NCBI RefSeq assembly: GCF_018350175.1
Contig: NC_058368.1
Span: 80,540,001-80,604,000, forward strand
Origin: Felis catus
Taxonomy: Eukaryota
Reading direction: 5' to 3'
Length of the DNA stretch: 64,000 nt
Each line of letters begins with the position of its first letter. Position 1 is the first letter of the stretch. The notes beneath the pieces were generated by a model, which was not told the DNA's origin, did not search any database, and saw only the letters and a program-made list of their open reading frames with translations. This document shows, in pieces, positions 52,170-63,038 of this stretch. The position numbers and the translations under genes were made by a program.

Positions 52170-53375
52170 ATTAATAGGCTTTATTTTCTAGAGCAGTTAA
52201 GGTTTCCAGAAAACTGGGCAGAAAGTACAGAGAACCCCATACACCCCCACCCTCCCCTTTTAACATTTTGCATTAGTGTGGTATACTTGTCACAATCGAT
52301 GAACCAGCACTGATACAATAGTAACTAAAGTCAACAGTGTACATTAGGGTTCGCTTCGTTGTGCACTCCGTGGGTTTGGACAAATGTATAATGACATGTC
52401 TCCCCCATTACAGTGTCATGCAGATTGCTTTCACTGCCCTAAAAATTCTCCATCTTTTAGGGGTTGCCAACCCCAGGCAACCACGGATCTTACAGTCTCT
52501 ATAGTTTTGCCTTTTCCAGAATGCCATATAGTTGGGATCATACAGGATTGGCTTCTTTCACTTAGAAATACGCATTTAAGTTTCTCCTCCGTGTCTTTTT
52601 GTGGCTTAATCACTTCTCTTCGTCACTGAATGATTTCCCACTGTCTAGATGGACCACAGTCTATTTATGCATTCACGACTGAAGGTCATCTTGATTACTT
52701 CCAGGTTTTTGCAAAGAGATTCTTGTAGACATTTGTGTTCAAGTGTTTTCATGGACGTGTTTTTAGCTCTTGGGGAAGCACCTTCAAGAAGCAAGATTGA
52801 GGGGCACCTGGGTGGCTCAGTCAGTTAAGCATCCGACTTCGGCTCAGGTCATGATCTCACGGTCGTGAGTTCGAGCCCTGCGTCGGGCTCTGTGCTGACA
52901 GCTCAGAGCCTGGATCCTGTTCTGGATTCTGTGTCTCCCTCTGTCTCTGCCCCTTCCCTGCTCATGCCCCATCTCTCTCTTTTTGTCTTGCAAAAATAAA
53001 TAAAATGTTAAAAAAAAACCCAACAAGATTGCTAGGGGTGCCTGGATGGCTCAGTCGGTTGAGTGTCTGATTTCGGCTCAGGTCATGATCTCAGTTTGTG
53101 TGTTTGAGCCCCCGCATTGGGCTCACTGCTGTCAGTGCACAGCCCACTTTGGATCCTCTGTCTCCCTCTCTGTGTCCTTCCCCTGCTCACGTGAGCTGTC
53201 TCTGTCTCAAAAGTAAATAAACATTATATGTATATATATATATATATATATACACATACACATATACACATATATATACACATATATATGGGTATATATA
53301 TATGTGGGTGTGTATATATATATAAAAGGTATATATGTATATATATACGTATATATGTATATATATGTATATATA

Positions 53376-53428
<53 letters not shown>

Positions 53429-53820
53429 GTATATATAAAATAAGTTTGGTAAGAAACCACCAAACGTCTTCCAAAGCGGCTGTGCCCTGTTGCATTCCCA
53501 CCAGCAGTGAATAAGAATTTCTGTTGCTCCGCATCCTGATCAGCAAATGGTGTTGTCAGTGTTGGGTACTGGCCGTTCTAATAGGTGTTTAGTGGTGTCT
53601 TTTTTTAATTTGCATTTCCCTGATGACATATGATGTGGAACATCTTTTCACATGCTTACTTGCCATCTGTGTCTCTTTGGTGAGGTGTCTGTTCAGGTCT
53701 TTTGCTCATTTTTAAATTAGGTTGTCTACTTACTGTTGAGTTTTAGGAGCATTTTGTATATTTTGGGGACAAGTCCTTGATTGTATATATATTCTTTGCA
53801 AATACTTTCTTCTAGTCTTT
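52170..53820 (-). mobile_element. Old L1 3' region interrupted by two plus-strand CAN-SINEs (52801-53022, 53035-53225) and a (TA/TG)n expansion (53226-53437)
   Basis: TTTTGCCTTTTCCAGAATG.CATATAGTTGG...TTGCATTTCCCTGATGAC...GAACATCTTTTCA are L1 3'-end motifs in antisense. Confidence 0.82.
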
Positions 53821-56800
53821 TTTTTCTTGTCTTTGATTATCCTAAAGGACTTTGGCTTTTACTCTGAGTGAAACTGGGAGCTTTTGAGGGTTTTGAACAG
53901 AGGAGTCATGCGACAGGCACTTTATAAATATGCAGGGAAATATTCTAGTTATAGTAATATGGAAGAAATAGAATTTCTGAGTATACATTGGCGGCCTTAG
54001 GCGGTGACTAATGAAGGTCACTTTTTCTAAGTGAGGTTTTGAAAATATATTTCCCAACAACAGACATGACACATCTTATTAGCAGCTGTGACCCATACCC
54101 TGATTAAGGGTTTCAGGAGATAAGTAGCAACCTGTCTATCACCTTTTTATTATTTGTAGTTAACAGGAAACTCTCAACTGGCTATGGAATTCTGTGAGCA
54201 TTCCAGGCTGTGACTGCCTCCTTCCCCCACCCGATGCCTTTCCCTCTAGGAAGGGTCTCAGCTGCTATTTATAGAGACGCGTGCTCACCAGTGAACCACC
54301 TCAGCTGTTTTCTATCCCTTTAGTCAGGTTTCTTCCTCTGATGAAGGCTCCCTTTTGCTTTGCAGTCTCTCTCTCCAAAATCATCCGGCTCTTTCTCTCT
54401 GTATGCCTTAAACCTCCCACATGCTATCAAATGGATTAAAATAGAATGTGTTCTCAGGTGGTCACTGTCCAGTCTTCTGACTCTGAGGCTTTGACTTGCC
54501 TTCAATACAGCTTCTCCAGCAGTTTAAAAATGAAAGTTTCCGCAGCTGGAGGGATGGGCAAAGGGCAGTGCATGGCTCTGTAGCTCCCACTATGGCCCTT
54601 CAATTTCCCTGTGTGTGGGAAGGGACATTCACAAGACTACTTTGGAAGCAAGAATGAGTAGCTAAGGTAAACAAATGGGGAGCAGCAGGGCAAAAAAAAA
54701 AAAAAAACCCTCTGAGACATCAGAGGACACAGATTTAAACAGTGGAATGCCATTGGTGGCTGCAGGGACAGGAGAGGACATTTCAGCCTGAGGTGTCTTG
54801 GTCAAAGGTAGGCCCTTGTGTTGTCTGTGCGGCCAGGAGCAGACCTGTGAGACCAAGCTGCCACTAGTGCCCCATTCAGGGAGCAGAGTGCATGGGCTCT
54901 CGGGGAAACAGAATTCTGCTGTCCCAGCAGGTTTTCAGCCCTGTTTGCTGCACTGATGCTGCAAAGAGGCACAGCAAATATCCACTTGGGATTTATTTAG
55001 CCTTTTTCTGGCAGGGACCACAAACCTTCTCCACAGGCTTTTCCATCGATGGACAACAGGAGGAGGTATCCTGAACAATTCTGAAACATGTTCAGTAGGA
55101 GCGGAAATAGATGTCAAAGGTCGGAAACAACATAGGGAGGAAGCTTAAGAAAAAAAAGCAAGCAGTGGCTCAGGTGTGCAAAATGCTGTGCCATAATTCA
55201 CAGGTGGTTTTCATCAGGTCGCAAGCGTGAGAACAAGGGAAGGACGATTCTTCCATATGATCTGAGAAAAACCTTAGATAAGAACAATTGTTGGACCATA
55301 AGGCCCAGTTTGAGTTGTCTTAGGGATTTGTCCTTTTCTGTTTTCCTGTATCAAGAGCCTTCAAAGGCATAAAAAAATGGCATCCGCTTACAGCATGTAA
55401 TGAGACATGAAATTAACAATGGCCCGTCCCATGCACCTCTGCTTCTCTGGTGTCCGAATCACAGCCAGGCGGAGCACATGCTGTTTTCTGTATTGCTCTC
55501 CCCTGACGATTAATACACACCCACCTGTTTTGATCTAACATTATTGAGGGAAGAAAGTACCTCAGTGGAGAAATTTATTCTAGGCTGTCTGATGAATGTT
55601 TTTTGTTCATACTTTTTAAAATCCATTTTTGGCATGAATTTTGGATGGTTGCCACCATCTCTGTGTCCTAAAAATGTGCTTCTGGAGTTGGTGGGAAGTA
55701 AGCCTTAGGGGACACATGAGTTAATTTAAGCCTTGCAGTCTTGCTGGTCCTCCCCTTGACATTCCACACGTCTTGGGTATATGAATTTGGTTCGGGAACT
55801 GGAGATTTTGGACATTCAAATTTGTTTTTGCCTTTTCTAATTTGGCTGGTTCCATACTAAGGGAGCACATTTTCCTTTTCCCCAGATGATTGTAGCATCC
55901 ATACAAGAGTTGGGCTTTGGAATATGTTAAGGAAGGAGAGCAAAAGAAAAATACTTTATTAAAGGCTTAATTTTTTTTTCCAGTAAACTACTTCTAATAC
56001 AGACTATACATTTTTGGGAGATAATTTACTTATCTGGTATTTGGCAACCAAGTCCATAATTTCTGCTGGATGCTTCATTTGTCTTCCAGTGGGTTTGGAG
56101 GAGAGATGCCCGGTAGACTGCTAAGTGAGCTCTATCGACCTATATTTTCAGTCCACTGACTGTCATTCACAGTAGAATGAGCACAGAGTGCTGAGGAGGA
56201 GCACAATCCCTGATCAGCAGACAACTGCAGTTTAATTATAATAAAACGGTGGCTATCAGGTAATTAGAAGTTGGAGGAATCATGAAGTGCTAATTAAGAT
56301 GACCTTAGGACTTTAATCATAGCATTGCATCTTGGCACAGGGTGTATGGGGCGGAGGGTTCTACAAGGACCCCAACCCGCTGGCGGATGGGCTCTCCAAG
56401 GACTGTTTCGTAATGGGGACGATGTCTTGGCCTGAGGAGAACACTAGATTGGAGCATTCACCTTTTGTCTTCTTTTTTAAAAAAATGTATATTCATAATA
56501 CTTACATGTTGTATAAAATTCACAGGGCACAAAAACATACAAAGTGAAAAGCAAGTCCCCTTTCTTTCCCTCTCCTCCAGGCCCCCATTCCTTTTGCAGG
56601 AGGTAACTCCTGTTAAAAGTACCTGGCATGTACTTCCAGAGAGGTACCACGCATTTCTAAACACCCATGCACGTTTTCTTCTTGTCCTTCTCTCTCTTTT
56701 TTTTTTTTAACACTGAAGGTAGCATGTTATGCATACCATTCCCCATGTTCCTTTCCCCCACTGATTATCACTAGGAGATTGTAGTGTATCGGTAATTAAA

Positions 56801-59800
56801 GCTGCCATCTTTTTAAAGGCTCTGTGATGGGTGGTGCTCTGTGGAAGTACTGTACCATAATGGACTGAATCCTTTCTCCAAATTGGTTCCCATCTTCTGC
56901 TGTCAGCGTGGGCACTGTTCTATTTTTAACTCTACTGCCAGGCAGTTCACTGGGTTAGGGTCCCAGCAGCAAAGGGACGGTGCAGTAGTAGAGGTGGTTG
57001 AAGAGTTTAATGAAGAAGCTGTTGACAGAGTGTGGGCAGGAGTAAGGACAACCAGTAAGAGACGTGGAAGCACCCCAGGAAGCCACAACTCCCCCTAAGC
57101 CTGAAGGGAAAAGTGGGGGAAATGTGTTACTGGAGCTGGTGAGAGCTCCCAGTGGGAGCCGTGGTCTGCAGCCAGTGGTGTTTTGGTAAAGACTTAACAA
57201 TGGGCTTCCTGTGGTGTGGAGCCCTCATTTGTAGTATCTGCCAATTTCTGCGGTGTAAATACTTGTACTGTGGCCGATTCCAGCGACAGATATGATGTTA
57301 CTGAACACAGAGCTGGCGGGGCTGGGGGTGGGGGGTGCACATAGGCCCTTTTGGGAGCAGCTCCAGCATGTCACTGTGGCTGTCAGGCAGCTGCCACCTG
57401 GCTCCCGTAGTGCTTCTGGTTGGCCAAATCCCCACAAGTGAGGGCAGGGGAGCCGGGTTCCTGCAGTCATCAGAGGTCTGCCTCCTCGAGCAGGCTGGTG
57501 AAGTACGCGGGCTGCATAAACTCGGGCAGGTCATTTCTTCTCAGCCTCTGCTTCCTCGTCTCTGAAGAACGGAACTGCCTCATGTTCTCTGACTTTCTAC
57601 GCTGAGGTCCTCTCACAGATCAGTGAGTTTAGTGACCTAAGCGGGCAGTATGCTATTTAATAGGGAGCTCATGTCTAACGGGAGAGATCTGCACAAGCAA
57701 ATCTGGCTACAGGGTGGGGGCTGGAGACAGAGCCACAGGTGTTCAGAGGAAGTGATTCTTGGTAGCTGTGGTCATGAGGCTGTTGATGTTCTGTGGCTGG
57801 GAATTTGTTTTCCCAGTGGGGGGAATAAACAAGATTTCTTGATTAATGGTTTAATCTACATCTGCCACTAGTTCTCTGCGTATGGTCCTGCTACCATCAG
57901 CATCTCCTAGGAATGTCAGAAAGCCACGTCCTTGGGTTTCACTCCAGATCTACGGATGGAACTCTGGCAGGATGTAGTAATGTCACTCTAGATGATTCTG
58001 ATGCATGTGTTTGTTTGAGAAACACTGAATTATACCATACCAGTGTTCCAGACTTGGGTGAAAATCAGGCAGATGGGGAATTTCAGACACCCACCCTGCC
58101 CTCAACTTCTGGAATATACTTGAAACCTACTCAGTCAGAATCTCTGGGAAGTACAACCCTGGGCAGTTAAGCATTTCCCAGATAGCATACGCTGTGACAG
58201 TTTTCTATACTCTTGATCCTAATTGTTGTGGTGCGTGGAACCTGCTTAAATTAGATGTGTTGCTACAAGTGCCTATTCTTTCCTAGGAAGGTTTGTGAAC
58301 TCAGACTCTCGAAACACTTTCAGTTGGAGAGAAGGCAGCTAGCTGCCTCAGTTGGCACTTTGCTTGGACCAAGGGTGGAGCTGGTTGTTCCCAGCGTGGA
58401 GTGGGTGGTAGAGAAGAGTTGAGAGGGAAACTGGACAGCTGTGGAGGTCCCTGAAGTGTGACTGTGATATTGCTGTGATTTAGTTTATTGCCAGTTCTCA
58501 GAGCATCTGACACATTCTTTATCAAATATGAAGTACAAAAGCCGTATTTCAAAAGGAAGATCACAATGGTTTTGGGACTCTGTGCCTTTGACTGATTAGA
58601 GTTCTTGATTGGAAAGCCTGGAGCTAATTACTGTGGGGAACTTGGGACAGGATTTCTGGGGAGTGAATTGGGCTCTTGTTGGTCATCGGAAGGTGGTCAC
58701 TGGTGATTGCCCTGAGGAGTGTTCGCCTTTAGGTTGTGAGGCATTGGCAATTTTATGTAAGGCTCCTGTGAATGTTCTTATACGTGGCTTTTTGTGGATG
58801 TGTTTTCATCTCTCTCAGGTAAGTACCTAGGAGAGGAATTGCTGGGCTTAGGTATGCTTAACTTTTTGAGAAGCTGCCAGTTTTCCAAGTGTATGATTTT
58901 ACACTCCCATCAGTCACGTGTTGGGCTCCAGCTGCTTTCCATCCTCACCAACACTTGATACTGTTGACCTTTTCCACAGTATCCATTTTGGTGGGTGTGT
59001 AGTGTTGTCTGAGGTTTTAATTTGCATTTACCTGATGATGCTCACTGTTGTTCACGTAGCTTCTTTACTGAAATATGCAGGGGACCTTAAATGTCTTTTA
59101 CATCATCATCTCATATGTAGCCCTTCCACTGCAGGCTGTGCCCCATGACCTCAGCTGCCCCTGAGGGCTCATCATCCTCGAAAATACCACGGGCTTCTCA
59201 AATGTCACACCTTTGAAAATGCAGTTCCATCTGTCTCTTCACCCTTATAGCTCTAACTCAGATGTCCTTTTTGTTGGTTAGGCCTCTGGCCTCCCGTGTC
59301 CCCCATAGAACTCCCGTTTCTTTTCTCCGTGCTTCTATGGCCCCTTGCCGTGTTGTGTGCGATTCCTCCCTCCCTCCCTGAGGGCAGGGCCTTGTCTCTC
59401 TCTCCTTTGCAGTCACAGTGCTTATCACGTGCTCTGGCATGGAGTCCAGGTCCGTGTTGTTGAACTAACTTGGTATCCATTTGATCCTGCCATCAGTTCT
59501 GTGAGAAAGGCTGAGCCTCAAATTGGGACGATGAGGGCATAGACCCAGAGGGGTCAAGTGTCGTGTCCAAGGTCAGTATGTATGTTACAGGGTCAGGCAG
59601 TACTTAGTCTGTACAGTATTCTTTGAATGAGCCAGCTCCATGCACCCACATGCATGCAAGTGGAGACTTTTAAAGGAGTTCAGTTCCTCGGCTTGCACAT
59701 GCACTCACTTGTAACTGACTTGCCTGAGAAGGTGCCTGAGGTCTGGGAATGCAATGAGTGGGTTCAGCTGTCCCAACACCCGCTTCTCCCAGTTCACATA

Positions 59801-60240
59801 AGAAAGGCAGACCGTACACTCATTTGTTGTCTCCCTGAGGCACACTGCTGCAAGGTGGAAAACCTCCCAGCTGTGTAACCAGTAGGTATCCATGGTGTTG
59901 AGACGTGAATGACCCTAACGTCTGGAATTGTGCAGCTCAGGGGTTTCTACTTGCTAGCTTTCATAGAGATTGCAGGAGACCCGAATCATGCTGTTAACTG
60001 AGGATTTCAAAATTTTATTTAGGATAGATTATGTCTAGACTTTGGCTATGTCATTCAGAAGGCATCAAAAAATCCAGTTACATAACAAAACCCTTTCCAT
60101 TTCTTATTTACTTATTTTTAGGAACAAGGTTTCTCAGTGTTTGCATACAACCCCCGCCCAAGACAGGACCAGAACTAATGCTGGACTGTACCTCCTTCTA
60201 GCAATAAGTGATAGTTGTCCATAGGTAAATGAGCTAATTA

Positions 60241-60278
<38 letters not shown>
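60241..60278. repeat. (AAC)n microsatellite
   Basis: About 12 AAC units. Confidence 0.95.
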
Positions 60279-60453
60279 CAATGCTATACATTTCATTAGG
60301 ACATACATTTCCAAATAAAGTTTTACTTTTACATTTGATAAATTTTCCTCAGAAACTTGAAGGTATTGTTCCCATTGTTTGCGTGCTCATAATAGTTGTG
60401 TTTAATTTAGAAGAACAATTGTAACAATTAGATCTTTACTAACCTTAAAGGTA

Positions 60454-63038
60454 GAGTTGATTCTCGTTACTTGTGGTAGTTGTGTCCTACAAAGTCACTG
60501 TGAACACTGAATTAGCAACTACTGAACCACTCTTCCTAGGGCAAATACCTGGTTAATTTCCTTCCAGATAGACATTGCAAGGTTTTGTCAACCAGTCAAC
60601 ACATAATCTTGTTTTAGTGTATTTCCACTTGGAGACGGCTTATTTAATACATGTTCCTTACAAATAATTAGTTGCATGCAGGGTTTCTTCATAGTACAAC
60701 ACAATTTCAGTTACAGCACCATGAACTGTTTACCTCTTCAGTTCAGTTGCACACGGTGCACACTCAGCAAACACATACTGTATGCTGCATAGTACGGTAA
60801 TGTAAGAAAGCCAGCCCTGAACACAGCATTATGCGAAGCTTGAACGCTTGAAATTTTGTGAAAACATTAAAACCTTACTTGTGGTGGAGCTGTGGGCTTT
60901 GTGATGGGGCAGTGGGCAGTGTGGTTAAATCTCTAGACCTTGGCTTGCCCCACAAAAACCAAGACAGAGTAGGTGTTGTACTCGGCAGAAGAGGAAGAAG
61001 TCAGTGAGGGTGACACGTGAGATCGGACAGCTCTACCTCAGGAGTTCGGCTTTCACAATGTGTTGATGGTGTCGGCAACTCTCCCTCCCAAACTGGCTTG
61101 AAAAATTCCTTCAGCCTTGTCTGCTTGGCTTTTCGCCTCAAATCTTTAAGTGTTTCTGCATAAGGGACGAATGCAGTGGAGGTGAGGCGCTTAAATGTGA
61201 GGCTCCGTTCGAGCACGGGGTCACACTCTTCCATGTCATGGAAAATTTTTTCCAGGGCAGAATTCCATTCTGCTATTTTGGCTGCCGTGAGAGGGACAAT
61301 TCTTGGACTCTTAGGCTGACCTTCATCACTGCCATCATCATCGCTGACGCCAGTGCCATGCTTTGCTATCTCATCCAGGTCTTTGTTGGTGGGTTCTACT
61401 GCCATTTCTGCCAAAATGTCCTCCACATCTCCCTCCCTCATGTCTCTGAAGCCTTCTCCACTTATTTGCTGTGCAATATGCATTATGTTTTCCACACTGT
61501 TCTTTATACTTTCTCTAACACCTTCAAAGCCTTCAAAAGTTTTCACGCAGTCTGGCCAAACATTTGCCCAACAGTTATTAATAGTAGCCTGCCTGATGCT
61601 GTCCCACGCTGTGCTGATATAATCTATAACGTTGCGTATCGTGACGGAATTCCAGTAGTCCATCATGGTGGTTTCCTCGTTGGCATCAAGAGCCTCAAAA
61701 GCCTTGCTATAAAGCTCCCTGGTGTAGTGGGCCTTGAAAGCTTTTATTATCCCCTGACTGAGGGGTTGGATGAGAGAAGCAGTGTTTGGGGGCATGAAGA
61801 GAACTTCTATGTCAGGGTGGGCATTTTCAAGTTCTTCATGGCAATGAACTGGGGCACTATCCAAAATTAGTAAAATCCTGAAGGCAAGGTTTTTGCTATG
61901 GAGGTAGCGTTCAGCTTCTGGGATGAAGCAGTTGTGGAACCAATCCCAGAATATTTCAGATGCCATCCATGCCTTTTTGTTCCACCTCCAATGGACTGGC
62001 ATACGGTTCAGATTTTTCCCTCGAAGTGCTTGAGGGTTTTGTGCTCTGTGTACCATGAGGGGTTTGCACTTAAAGTCACCCTTGGCATTGGCACATAATA
62101 GCAAGGTTGCACGGTCTTTGAATGATTTAAAGCCAGGAGCCTTGGAGGCCATTTGCATTATATAGGTTCGTCTGCCAACATTCTTGTAAAACAAGCCTGT
62201 CTCATCAGCGTTGAAAACCTGCTCTTCCATATAACCCTTTTCATGTATAATGCTTAGCAGATACTTTTTAAATTCTTCTGCAGCTTCCTCATCTGCAGGA
62301 CCTGCCTTCTGTCCAAGTTTAACGTTTTTCATGTGGTATCGCCTTTTGAAACGTGCAAGCCAGCCTGCACTAGCTGAGAAGGGTTTAACCTTTTCCTGAC
62401 CCTGGGTAACATGACTGTAAATTTCCTTGGCTTTCAGCCTCACAACAACACTGTCTACCATGCTCTTTTTATTGGTTGTCATCTCCTGAATCCACAAATT
62501 TAGCTGCTTTTCCATCTTTTCCATAGCCGCATCACGCACTATAGATGTTACTTTAGCACTTTCTGGAGCAGCCTCACGTACAGATCGGCGAATATCGTCT
62601 TCCTTTTTCTGGATGTACCGTATTGTTGATTCATTAACGTTGAACTCACGGCCAACAGCACTGTAACTCAGGCCTGAACGAAGCTTATCTAACACACGTA
62701 TTTTCTCTGTAAGGCACATCACAGCCTTCTTGCGCTTAGGAACATTAGACAGTGCTTTAGCGCTACGCTTGGGGGCCATTTAAAATAGCAAAGTCACCAA
62801 GAAGAACCACAAAAATGTGAAAAACGTGATGCCAGTAGAGAGTGAAAAGGACATCTGCTTACCTTAGGAGCTGAAGCAAGAGGGCAGAGCACAGTCTTGT
62901 TCAAGTTTAGCTGGGAATGTGTGTCATGTCTGTGAATGACTGGGAAAGTGCCACCAGTATTGATTTTGGGGTTACAAACAAATTTTATCAAGTAGGTGAA
63001 TTTGCACAGAATCCGTGAATGAATGAGGACGTGGACTG
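60454..63038 (-). mobile_element. Full-length TcMar-Tigger DNA transposon (about 2.6 kb) with degenerate TIRs; termini MER82-like
   Basis: Left end TA|GAGTTGATTCTCGTTACTTGTGG (TA at 60452-53). Right end CCGTGAATGAATGAGGACGTGGACTG|TA (TA at 63039-40); its reverse complement CAGTCCACGTCCTCATTCATTCACGG is an imperfect inverted match to the left end. TA duplication is typical of Tc1/mariner/pogo. Encloses the transposase ORF. Confidence 0.85.
61001..62779 (-). CDS. Tigger/pogo (TIGD/CENP-B-like) transposase-derived protein, 592 aa, single uninterrupted ORF, antisense within ARHGEF7 intron 1
   Basis: N-terminal psq-type HTH (LTEKIRVLDKL...VGREFNVNESTIRYI), Tc5/CENP-B-type HTH (MEKQLNLWI...FSASAGWLARFKRRY), DDE_1 domain motifs VFNADETGLFYK, AWM, LILDSAPVH and MPPNTASLIQPLSQGIIKAFK, acidic patch, C-terminal QTRLKEFF. 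Confidence 0.9.
   Translation of the reverse strand: MAPKRSAKALSNVPKRKKAVMCLTEKIRVLDKLRSGLSYSAVGREFNVNESTIRYIQKKEDDIRRSVREAAPESAKVTSIVRDAAMEKMEKQLNLWIQEMTTNKKSMVDSVVVRLKAKEIYSHVTQGQEKVKPFSASAGWLARFKRRYHMKNVKLGQKAGPADEEAAEEFKKYLLSIIHEKGYMEEQVFNADETGLFYKNVGRRTYIMQMASKAPGFKSFKDRATLLLCANAKGDFKCKPLMVHRAQNPQALRGKNLNRMPVHWRWNKKAWMASEIFWDWFHNCFIPEAERYLHSKNLAFRILLILDSAPVHCHEELENAHPDIEVLFMPPNTASLIQPLSQGIIKAFKAHYTRELYSKAFEALDANEETTMMDYWNSVTIRNVIDYISTAWDSIRQATINNCWANVWPDCVKTFEGFEGVRESIKNSVENIMHIAQQISGEGFRDMREGDVEDILAEMAVEPTNKDLDEIAKHGTGVSDDDGSDEGQPKSPRIVPLTAAKIAEWNSALEKIFHDMEECDPVLERSLTFKRLTSTAFVPYAETLKDLRRKAKQTRLKEFFKPVWEGELPTPSTHCESRTPEVELSDLTCHPH

Noticed and set aside
61238..61870. 210-aa plus-strand ORF inside the transposon
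   Set aside because: Antisense shadow of the transposase ORF with no recognisable domain.
35669..62779. ARHGEF7-transposase fusion analogous to CSB-PGBD3
   Set aside because: The transposase is on the opposite strand to ARHGEF7 exon 1, so cis-splicing cannot fuse them.
60454..63038. Currently active transposon
   Set aside because: The TIRs are mutually diverged, the terminal C is lost on the left end, and the third catalytic Asp is Ser.
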